Source: an uncultured Sutterella sp. (lineage in GTDB: Bacteria; Pseudomonadota; Gammaproteobacteria; Burkholderiales; Burkholderiaceae_F). Taken from it: 64,000 nucleotides of DNA. Positions 56,393 through 64,000 of this stretch are shown here, piece by piece. Where the stretch lies: NCBI GenBank assembly GCA_900757865.1, contig CAAEPH010000051.1, positions 7,858 to 71,857 on the forward strand. Reading direction: 5' to 3'. The translations under genes were made by a program, and so were the position numbers. Within the stretch, counting starts at the first letter, position 1, and the number at the start of each line of letters is the position of its first letter. The notes beneath the pieces were generated by a model that was not told where the DNA came from, did no database searches, and saw only the letters and a list, made by a program, of their open reading frames with translations.

Positions 56393-57925
56393 ATGAGCAA
56401 ATTTCGTTCTGCTACCTTTGTTTCCATTAGCTTTTGTCTTGGAATAGCCTCCACATACGGTCTTCAAGCTTGGGCTGACAAAGGTCCGTCGAGAACAGTA
56501 CCTATTGCGGAAGTACAACAATTTGCCAAGTCTTTTAATGCCATTAAGTCCTTTTACGTTGATGACGTTGAGGACAAGGATCTCATGCTTAATGCAGTAA
56601 AGGGCATGGTCAGTGGTTTGGACCCACACTCCGAGTTCCTTGATGAAAAAGGTTATAAAAATATGACCGAAAGTACCCAAGGTTCGTTCGGAGGATTGGG
56701 AATTGAAGTAACAAAAGACACTGCTGGGGTTTTGGTGGTTTCTCCCATTGATGAAACACCAGCTGCTAGAGCAGGCATTCGTTCAGGGGACATCATCACC
56801 AAGATCAATGGCATTACAACTGACGATCAGTCACTCGATGCCTCAGTCAAATTGATGCGAGGTGAACCCAATACCCAAATTGAATTAACGGTAGCTCGAA
56901 AAGGCATCAATAAACCCCTTACTTTCAAACTAACTCGCGCCATCATAAAAGTTCAATCCGTCAAAATGAAAAAATTGACGGGAGGCATTGGCTACATCCG
57001 CATTTCACAGTTCCAAGAGCGTACAGGCGCCGATCTTGTCGCTAAGCTCAACGAACTGGCCAAAGATCAATCCTTAAAGGGGCTTGTTCTTGACTTACGA
57101 AATGATCCTGGTGGCGTGCTGCAAGCTGCCATAGCAGTGGCGGGGGCCTTTTTGCCCAATGAATCAGACATTGTTTCCACAAAGGGTCGCACGAAAGATT
57201 CCAATTACACCTATCGCGTGACGCCAGAGGACTACTTCCTCTCTGAAGACAATCCCGATGTTTTAAAAAACTTGACTCCACAAGCCAAAAAGGTCCCTCT
57301 AGTGGTCCTTATCAACTCTGCCTCTGCTTCGGCCTCAGAGATTGTTGCTGGCGCGCTGCAAGATTACCATCGAGCAACGCTTCTAGGAAATCGCTCTTTT
57401 GGCAAAGGGTCTGTACAAACCATTCTGCCTATGCGAACTGGGGAAAAGATTGTTGGCGTCAAATTAACAACTGCCCGATACTACACACCTTCTGGACGGT
57501 CCATTCAGGCCAAAGGTATTGAGCCCGATTTTTATATCGATGACACCCCGAAAGGCAACTATCCGTCCTTCCAAATTCGTGAATCGGACTTAAAACGCCA
57601 TTTGCGAAACAAAGATGAAAATGACACGGCCAAAGATAACCTACCCTACGATGGTGATGACGGTGAAGTTCCTGACTATCAGTTCACCTTTGGCGACGAT
57701 AAGGATTGGCAGTTACAACAAGCGGTCAACTATTTAACTGGGAAACCTGTTGAGGTATCTCAATACCGTGGGAAGCCACGAAAAGTCGTAGAAAAACTGA
57801 AAAAGGAACTGGCTGAGAAAAAAGCACAATCTAAGCTGAACGACGAATCGAAGGCTGACTCCTCAAACGGTCATTCCACAGAACCCACCTCTGCTGAGAA
57901 ATCGTCAACAAATACGGCGCCCTAG
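56393..57925 (+). CDS. ctpA: Carboxy-terminal processing protease (S41 family, PDZ-containing)
   Basis: Signal peptide, PDZ domain (GIEVTKDTAGVLVVSPIDETPAARAGIRSGDII) and S41 catalytic region (LVVLINSASASASEIVAGALQDYHRATLLGNRSFGKGSVQ). Confidence 0.85.
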   Translation: MSKFRSATFVSISFCLGIASTYGLQAWADKGPSRTVPIAEVQQFAKSFNAIKSFYVDDVEDKDLMLNAVKGMVSGLDPHSEFLDEKGYKNMTESTQGSFGGLGIEVTKDTAGVLVVSPIDETPAARAGIRSGDIITKINGITTDDQSLDASVKLMRGEPNTQIELTVARKGINKPLTFKLTRAIIKVQSVKMKKLTGGIGYIRISQFQERTGADLVAKLNELAKDQSLKGLVLDLRNDPGGVLQAAIAVAGAFLPNESDIVSTKGRTKDSNYTYRVTPEDYFLSEDNPDVLKNLTPQAKKVPLVVLINSASASASEIVAGALQDYHRATLLGNRSFGKGSVQTILPMRTGEKIVGVKLTTARYYTPSGRSIQAKGIEPDFYIDDTPKGNYPSFQIRESDLKRHLRNKDENDTAKDNLPYDGDDGEVPDYQFTFGDDKDWQLQQAVNYLTGKPVEVSQYRGKPRKVVEKLKKELAEKKAQSKLNDESKADSSNGHSTEPTSAEKSSTNTAP

Positions 57926-57944
57926 TTGAGGGGTTCTCAACGGG

Positions 57945-57990
57945 AAAAGCTCCTGATACGTCAATAGATCAGGAGCTTTTCTTTTTTTCT
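57945..57990 (+). terminator. Rho-independent terminator after the ctp gene
   Basis: AAAAGCTCCTGAT-loop-ATCAGGAGCTTTTCTTTTTTT. Confidence 0.55.
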
Positions 57991-57994
57991 CGCG

Positions 57995-58606
57995 CTAGGG
58001 CATTGTAAAAGGCACCAGCGTCAATGGTGAAACACCATTAGCATGAACTTTAAAATGACTCATCACAAAACAGTTCCATCGCCCTAACACAAAGCAAAAC
58101 ACCAAATTGGCGCGTGTAGCGATGTTAAAGTCAGCAGGAAAATAGTTGGCTAGAACCGCTTCCTTATAGGCTTGCCGGAGATGAGTTTCAATTTTTTCAT
58201 ACAGCCCCTCAATACGACGGCTGAGCTGACTATCTTCGTGAACTAAAGCGTGTCCGGTAAGCACTCGGCTCAATCCACGATTCACTTCCACAAAATCAAG
58301 CATGACCGAAATCATAGCGTGAATTTTGGCTAATGCATCCAAACTGTCTTTTTCTCGAATGGAAGCAAAAAGCGTCAAAAGCGATTCTTCGACAAAATCG
58401 ATCAATGCATCATACATTGATGATTTACTAGGAAAGTAGCGATACAATGCCGCCTCACTCACCTTTAACGAAGCGGCTAACCTTGCTGTCGTTATGCGCT
58501 CAGCATCATCTTGCTCTAGTAATTTGGCTAAAGCTTGCAAAATATCTAACCGTCGATTTCGACTTTTCATATTTTTCTTATTATCACTAGTTTGCTGCAT
58601 TTTCAC
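57995..58606 (-). CDS. slmA: TetR-family nucleoid occlusion factor SlmA-like regulator
   Basis: Strong similarity to E. coli SlmA over the HTH ([25 protein letters not shown] against [25 protein letters not shown]) and the C-terminal domain ([34 protein letters not shown]). Confidence 0.75.
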   Translation of the reverse strand: [203 protein letters not shown]

Positions 58607-58612
58607 TCATTC

Positions 58613-60400
58613 CTACTGAAGCTTCGACTCGAGGGGGAGCCAGACAAGTGGCTGGCCTGTTACAAAAGTTTCTATTGTAAAGGGGGAACTCTCAACTGGA
58701 AGGGGACCTAAGACACGCCCCCACATACGACCAAATAATCGCCGGAATCGAGATCGCCAGTCCTGGCTCGACACGTCGTTATACGCCACAGGGGCTTCAT
58801 CGGGTAAATTCGCAAGATGTTTTGCAATGGTAACGGCATCATTTAAGTTTCCTAAGGTATCTACCAAGCCTTTTTGTACTGCCTGGCTACCCATCCACAC
58901 TCGGCCCTGTGCTACGTCCTCGACAGCGTTCATCGATAACTGTCGACTCTCTGATACCAATTTCTTAAAGTCTAAATAGGTGCGATTAACGCTCAAAGTC
59001 ATCAATTTCTCAACCGCTGCATTCGGTGCCACGATTGGATTGCCCATATCGGCTAACACAGTCGTTTGATATCCGCCTTGGCCGACGGAAAAGCGCTGTT
59101 TAAGAGCTTCGGCATTAAAACTGAGCGCAAAAACACCTATCGACCCCGTTAGAGTCAGGGGACTAGCTACGATTTTCTGCGCTGCCGTAGAAATCCAATA
59201 ACCTCCCGATGCTGCCATATCTCCCATGGAAATGACCACGGGAATATGTTTGGCAATATCGGCAAGATTGGCTCGAATACTTTCAGCAGCCATTGCATCA
59301 CCACCTGGAGTATTCAGTCGTAGCACCAGCGCTTTTACATGCGAATCTTCCCGGATGCTGTCCAACGCTTGTGCAACGTCACTTGGAATAATGCCACCTC
59401 GCATCGCTTCCGAAGTAATTTCTCCTTCAGCAGACAAGACATAAACGCCATCTGACGTGAGCACCGGTTCGGAATGCGTAAGGGCCAAATAAGTGGTCCA
59501 GCGAACCAGTGGTAGATCCTTTTCATTTTTGGTTGGACTAAAACTTTCAGCGACGGCCTTCCAATAGCTTTCACGCGTCTCAAGTCGATCCACTAATCCC
59601 GCTTCCAAAAACATTTCCCCCATGGTATGGGCTTGGTTCATCGTGTCGGGTAAGCGATTAATCCACTGAGTAACACTGCCAGGCAACAAACCACGTCGCT
59701 GCTCTAAATCGCTTGTTAAATTTAACCACGCGGCATTCAAATAGCTTTTCTGAGCTTCAATATTTTCCTGACTCGGTGCATTTCTCGACAACACTTCGGG
59801 AGCACTTTTATACGAACCCGCCTTATGAACATCAACACCAATACCGAAGAGCCTTAATGTATCGCCCCAATACAATGACGTGCTAGACAACCCTTTGAGT
59901 AATATTTGTCCCATGGGATGGACTGAGACACGGTCCGCATGAGCGGCAATCAAATATTGTCCCTGTGTATAGCTATCCGACCATACCCAAACGGGTTTGT
60001 GACTTACAGCACGAAAAGCGTCCAGACTATCCGAGACGTCTTTAATGGTGCTCATCCCCACTTTCTCTAGCGAACCAATTTCTAAAATCACTCCCTTGAT
60101 GCGCTTATCTGAGGAAGCCTGCTGCAAAACCTCCATGACATCACGAGTGCGAATCTGCTTTTCTTCCATATCATCTGCCCCCAGGGCTGACAACAACATG
60201 GAACCAGAATCACTCGGCAAAGTCTCTGTCAACGTACCTTCTAAATTCAAGTACAACACCGCTTGATCCGGGATTTTGGGTGCTCTGTTCATCATGCCAA
60301 TAACAATGATACTGACTAGCACCAGTAACCAAAACAAAACGGACACCACAGCCCGCTGTATGATCAATAAGAAAGAGAAAAGGGTTTTCAGTAGACTCAT
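58613..60400 (-). CDS. sppA: Signal peptide peptidase SppA (protease IV, 67K type)
   Basis: N-terminal TM helix and two ClpP/crotonase-like repeats, with catalytic Ser/Lys contexts (MGDMAASGGYWIS...GSIGV). Confidence 0.85.
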   Translation of the reverse strand: MSLLKTLFSFLLIIQRAVVSVLFWLLVLVSIIVIGMMNRAPKIPDQAVLYLNLEGTLTETLPSDSGSMLLSALGADDMEEKQIRTRDVMEVLQQASSDKRIKGVILEIGSLEKVGMSTIKDVSDSLDAFRAVSHKPVWVWSDSYTQGQYLIAAHADRVSVHPMGQILLKGLSSTSLYWGDTLRLFGIGVDVHKAGSYKSAPEVLSRNAPSQENIEAQKSYLNAAWLNLTSDLEQRRGLLPGSVTQWINRLPDTMNQAHTMGEMFLEAGLVDRLETRESYWKAVAESFSPTKNEKDLPLVRWTTYLALTHSEPVLTSDGVYVLSAEGEITSEAMRGGIIPSDVAQALDSIREDSHVKALVLRLNTPGGDAMAAESIRANLADIAKHIPVVISMGDMAASGGYWISTAAQKIVASPLTLTGSIGVFALSFNAEALKQRFSVGQGGYQTTVLADMGNPIVAPNAAVEKLMTLSVNRTYLDFKKLVSESRQLSMNAVEDVAQGRVWMGSQAVQKGLVDTLGNLNDAVTIAKHLANLPDEAPVAYNDVSSQDWRSRFRRLFGRMWGRVLGPLPVESSPFTIETFVTGQPLVWLPLESKLQ

Positions 60401-60411
60401 TCACATCACTT

Positions 60412-61077
60412 CTATAAAGATATTCGACGTAATTCTCTAATATGTTTCACCTGTTCATCGATATAAGGCAGTCTCAATCGATGCGTGAGTCGTTTATGCT
60501 TAAATCGATATCCCGTACACCACACGGTTCTCACACCCAAGCGCTTGACTGCTTTTAAGTTCATTAGGCTGTCATCGATAAAACACACTTCTGATGGAAC
60601 CCAACCATAATAAGCACAGAAACTCCTCATATAAGAGGCGCTCGGTTTGGGTCTCCAATCACCAAATAGCTTCATATCAAAGCTAGTGATCATATCATTA
60701 ATAACCGCGCCCAATCCTAGTGCCGCCACTACCTTTTCTGCATAGGGGCGAGGGCCATTTGTATAGACGATCTTTTTACCAACGAGCGCGCCGATGTCTC
60801 TAGCGGGACTTCCTATGCTATGAATGTACTCCGATGGATCAAAATCATGAGTGACTGTGAGAAACTCAATGGGATCGATACGGTGATGCTTCCACAGCCC
60901 AATGAAAGTCGAGCCATATTGACGCCAGTATCTCGCACGTATGTTTGAAGCCTCTTCTAGCGAGATAGAAAAACGCTCGGCAATAAACCGATCCATCCTG
61001 ATATGAATGGCCGTTAACATCCCTGCGGAAGCCTCAAAAAGGGTGTCATCTAAATCGAAAAGCCACGCTTTTGGCAT
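60412..61077 (-). CDS. HAD-superfamily hydrolase (pyrimidine 5'-nucleotidase-like, subfamily IA)
   Basis: Motif I FDLDDTLF. A conserved Lys and the DD motif (FIDDSLMN) are present. The start at MPKAWLF is preferred over the ORF-track start. Confidence 0.7.
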   Translation of the reverse strand: MPKAWLFDLDDTLFEASAGMLTAIHIRMDRFIAERFSISLEEASNIRARYWRQYGSTFIGLWKHHRIDPIEFLTVTHDFDPSEYIHSIGSPARDIGALVGKKIVYTNGPRPYAEKVVAALGLGAVINDMITSFDMKLFGDWRPKPSASYMRSFCAYYGWVPSEVCFIDDSLMNLKAVKRLGVRTVWCTGYRFKHKRLTHRLRLPYIDEQVKHIRELRRISL

Positions 61078-61243
61078 ATCAAACCCTACTCTCAAATAAC
61101 AAAAAGCTCGACCGATACCTATGTTTCATAGGATAACGTATCGAGCTATTTGCCCCTAACGGTCAGTGTCCATCCTAGATGGCTCTACTTGGATGCTGAT
61201 GCGTGTATTACACCCTCTGGTAGCTGACAAAGCTACGATAAGC

Positions 61244-61663
61244 TTAGTCCCCATACATCTTCTGCTTGAGTTCTCGCCGTTGCTGAGCCTCAAGTGAGAG
61301 CGTAGCTGTAGGGCGTGCTAGCAAACGAGCAACACCAATGGGGTCTCCCGTTTCTTCACAATACCCGTATTCACCATTCTCAATCCGTTTCAGCGCTGCT
61401 TGCACCTTTTTGAGCAACTTCCGTTCACGATCTCGTGTGCGTAACTCTAGGGCATGCTCCTCTTCGATGGTCGCTCTATCTGCAGGATCAGGAACAACCG
61501 TTGTTTCACGCAGATTGTTGGTCGTCTGATCGGCATTAGCACGAAGCTCAGCTTCCATTTCTTCAAGGCGGTGCTTAAAGAAGGCCAATTGCCGGTCATC
61601 CATATAGTCCTCTTCAGGCATCTGCAATATTTCTTCGACAGTGAGTAGCTTCTTAGTGGCCAT
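61244..61663 (-). CDS. dksA: RNA polymerase-binding transcription factor DksA, Zn-finger cysteines largely absent
   Basis: Coiled-coil with the acidic tip (PDPADRATIEEEH). The C-terminal region reads GEYGYCEETGDPIGVARLLARPTATLSLEAQ, where only one of the four canonical Cys residues is present. Confidence 0.8.
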   Translation of the reverse strand: MATKKLLTVEEILQMPEEDYMDDRQLAFFKHRLEEMEAELRANADQTTNNLRETTVVPDPADRATIEEEHALELRTRDRERKLLKKVQAALKRIENGEYGYCEETGDPIGVARLLARPTATLSLEAQQRRELKQKMYGD

Positions 61664-61816
61664 AACTATCTTCTTTATAAAGGCTAATAACGGCAAAGCC
61701 GGCGAAAAAACACCTTTTGTGTTCGTTAGACATTGCTTTATACAGGAAATAACGAAGAATTTCCATTACTTCCTGTAAAAACAGATAGGTATCTACCCTC
61801 AATTTAGGGGTTATTC

Positions 61817-62809
61817 CTACTCCAAACAGGTCGTTAATCCTTGTCGAATTGCCTCTTCTGGCAAGTTACGACCGATAAATACCAGTTTGGAGTATGGTTT
61901 TGTATCGCCCCAAGGCCCTAAGGCATCGCTCACGGCGAGCATATGTACCCCTTGAAAAACGACTCGACGGTCAATACCAGAGAGTTGTAGCACTCCTTTG
62001 TAACGCAACAAATTCTCCCCATAAACGCTTGCTAATGAGGAAATGTAGCGCTCCAACTTTTCGGGATTAAATGGGCGATCCGATTCGAACACAAAAGAGT
62101 GAATATCGTCATTGTGGTGATGGTGATGATGATCATTATTGAAGAACGCTGGATCGACATCCAAAATATCATTCATATTGAAACCAGCGATATTCAAAAC
62201 CTCATCCACCGGGCAATTTCCCATGTTCACTTCATGAATAGGTGCACGAGCGTTCATCTGACGAAGACGAGCTTTCATGGCTGTCACGTCTTCAGGTTGG
62301 CACAAGTCTGTTTTACTGAGCAAAATACGATCAGCGAAACCCACTTGGTCTCGAGCAGCAGCTTCTGCATCCAGTGTCTGCGCACCGTACTTACAGTCCA
62401 CTACCGTCACCACACCATCTAAACGGTAAAAAGCAGCAACAGCATCATCCATGAAGAAAGTCTGGGCAACAGGACCAGGGTTAGCCACTCCAGTCGTTTC
62501 GATCACCACATAATCAAACTCGATTTCTCCACGATCACGTTTTAAGCGCAGATCCGTTAATACACGTGATAAATCCCCACGAATCGTACAGCACACACAA
62601 CCATTGCTCATCGACACAATCTGTTCTTTGCCAGAGCGAATTAACAGGTCGTTATCAATATTTTCTTCACCAAACTCATTCTCGATAATGGCAATTTTGA
62701 ACTGATGGTTTTCACTAAGAATACGATTCAATAGCGTCGTCTTTCCTGCCCCTAAAAAGCCGGTCAAAATCGTGACCGGGATATCGGGTGCTTGTTCTTG
62801 AACTTGCAT
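61817..62809 (-). CDS. COG0523-family G3E GTPase (CobW/YeiR/ZigA-like putative zinc metallochaperone) with a His-rich insert
   Basis: P-loop GFLGAGKTTLLNRIL, a CxCC motif (GCVCCTIRGDL) and the insert FNNDHHHHHHNDD. Confidence 0.85.
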   Translation of the reverse strand: MQVQEQAPDIPVTILTGFLGAGKTTLLNRILSENHQFKIAIIENEFGEENIDNDLLIRSGKEQIVSMSNGCVCCTIRGDLSRVLTDLRLKRDRGEIEFDYVVIETTGVANPGPVAQTFFMDDAVAAFYRLDGVVTVVDCKYGAQTLDAEAAARDQVGFADRILLSKTDLCQPEDVTAMKARLRQMNARAPIHEVNMGNCPVDEVLNIAGFNMNDILDVDPAFFNNDHHHHHHNDDIHSFVFESDRPFNPEKLERYISSLASVYGENLLRYKGVLQLSGIDRRVVFQGVHMLAVSDALGPWGDTKPYSKLVFIGRNLPEEAIRQGLTTCLE

Positions 62810-62836
62810 TTCATTACCTCTACAACAACGACATCA

Positions 62837-64000
62837 TCATGGACGCACAAGTAAGTGCAACCCTTTTAAATATTCCCCTTCAGGGTATGTCATCAACAAA
62901 GGATGATCTGCTCCACCTCCGAACCGCCCAATCGCCCATGCATTAACATGAGCATCGAAAACTGCTCCAGCAACTATTTTTTGGAACAGTTCTGGATCGA
63001 TGGCTCCTGAGCAAGAGAAAGTAAATAAATGTCCCCCTGGAGACAATAAATTAAGGCCTTTCAAGTTGATATCTTTATAGGCTCGCGCAGCTTTTTCTAC
63101 CTGTCTATGGTTTGAAGCGAACTTCGGAGGATCCAAGATCACCAAGTCAAAATGCTCACCTCGTTCGTGGCATTGACGTAAATAGGTAAAAACATCTTCG
63201 CAGACAAATTGATGACGACTTTCCGAAAAGCCATTTCTGGCGGAATTTGACTTAGCAATCGCTAAAGCTTCTGCTGACGAATCAACAGATACAACCTCAG
63301 CCGCTCCCCCTTTTAGAAGCGCTAGAGAAAAACCGCCCGTGTAACAGAAACAATTCAATGCGCGCAGTCCACGGCCATGTTGTTCTTTAAACTCTTGAGC
63401 AACTTGCTGGGCCACGAAACGGCTCTCCCTTTGGTCGATATAAAAACCCGTTTTATGACCATTGCGGACGTCGACGCCATACTTAACGCCATCCTCAACC
63501 ACATCTATTTCTGCTGGTGGCTCTTCCCCACGCAACACTCCCGAGACAAGGGGCAATCCTTCCCGTTGACGTAGCTGAGCATCTGATCTCTCATATAGAC
63601 CCTTGGCTGAGGTCTCTTGCATCAAAATATCGGCAATCCACGTCTTATAACGTTCCACACCGGCCGCCATAAACTGCGCCACGATGTAATCACCGTACTG
63701 ATCAACAATCAACCCTGGTAGCTGATCAGCTTCCCCAAAAATCAATCGAATGGCAGACGTTCGAGATTTTAACGATGACCGAGCTTGGATAGCTTGGCGA
63801 ATTTTCTGAACAAACCATTCTCGATTGATCTCTTCATTGCAATCGAATGTCCAACACCGAGCTCGCAATGAGGACTCGGGAGAATAGGCAGCTAAGGCTA
63901 AAGCTTTGCCCTCGGCCGACAATACACGCACGGTTTCACCAACCTCAGGCTTGCCTGTCAGTCGATGCACAGCTGTATCGTAAACCCATGGATGGCGACG
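62837..64000 (-). CDS. rlmI: 23S rRNA (cytosine1962-C5)-methyltransferase RlmI (PUA plus class I SAM methyltransferase); the 5' end lies outside the window
   Basis: The reading frame stays open to the window edge, and the upstream residues (RRHPWVYDTAV) match the RlmI N-terminus (LRRHPWVFSGAV). The SAM-binding region reads LNCFCYTGGFSLALL...DLVILDPPKF. The ORF-track start at 63970 is an internal GTG. Confidence 0.8.
   Translation of the reverse strand, partial: RRHPWVYDTAVHRLTGKPEVGETVRVLSAEGKALALAAYSPESSLRARCWTFDCNEEINREWFVQKIRQAIQARSSLKSRTSAIRLIFGEADQLPGLIVDQYGDYIVAQFMAAGVERYKTWIADILMQETSAKGLYERSDAQLRQREGLPLVSGVLRGEEPPAEIDVVEDGVKYGVDVRNGHKTGFYIDQRESRFVAQQVAQEFKEQHGRGLRALNCFCYTGGFSLALLKGGAAEVVSVDSSAEALAIAKSNSARNGFSESRHQFVCEDVFTYLRQCHERGEHFDLVILDPPKFASNHRQVEKAARAYKDINLKGLNLLSPGGHLFTFSCSGAIDPELFQKIVAGAVFDAHVNAWAIGRFGGGADHPLLMTYPEGEYLKGLHLLVRP

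Noticed and set aside
62120-62160. Run of six His codons (HHHHHH) in the COG0523 gene, as a possible cloning-vector His-tag
   Set aside because: It is internal to the protein and flanked by native Asn/Asp-rich sequence. His-rich inserts are a known feature of COG0523 zinc chaperones, and no vector-derived flanking sequence is present.
1-64000. CRISPR arrays, rRNA genes, IS elements
   Set aside because: I found no regularly spaced direct repeats, no 16S/23S/5S-like sequence and no transposase-like ORFs or terminal inverted repeats. The only structured RNA gene I can support is tRNA-Gln.

Overview
This is a 64-kb stretch of largely syntenic core chromosome from a Gram-negative bacterium, probably a betaproteobacterium. 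The taxon is inferred from gene order: uvrA/MFS/ssb, FmdB-DUF502-aspS, kdsDC-lptCAB-rpoN-ptsN-rapZ, lolB-ispE-tRNA-Gln-prs-rplY-(deaD)-pth-ychF, and rsmD/ftsY-(ppx)-ftsEX-rpoH. GC content is about 50% and the Neisseria DNA uptake sequence is not enriched. Coding density is high, with about 65 supported CDS, one tRNA-Gln, and many recognisable rho-independent terminators. I see no rRNA, no CRISPR array and no intact mobile element. The clearest non-core signal is an orphan P4-type primase gene (zinc ribbon plus Toprim, no helicase, no integrase) between aspS and an mtnA-ald2 operon. Other points worth a second look: (1) an orphan atypical OmpR-family regulator whose predicted phospho-acceptor Asp is replaced by Arg, divergent from a four-gene tripartite ABC efflux operon and upstream of an EF-G paralog whose switch-II His is replaced by Tyr. 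(2) An mtnA + FucA-like aldolase pair that matches the DHAP-shunt architecture for MTA/5'-deoxyadenosine recycling, with a translationally coupled unknown 82-aa ORF. (3) A Pat/PatZ-type protein lysine acetyltransferase. (4) A perfect sigma-54 promoter upstream of gltIJKL in the same window as rpoN. (5) An FtsE with degenerate ATPase motifs (H-loop His to Tyr). (6) A cysteine-depleted DksA beside a His-rich COG0523 GTPase, separated by a palindrome, which resembles Zur-controlled zinc-sparing modules. (7) An XRE-type regulator and inverted repeat, instead of oxyR, upstream of ahpCF. All calls are from reading the sequence and the ORF translations; no database searches were run.
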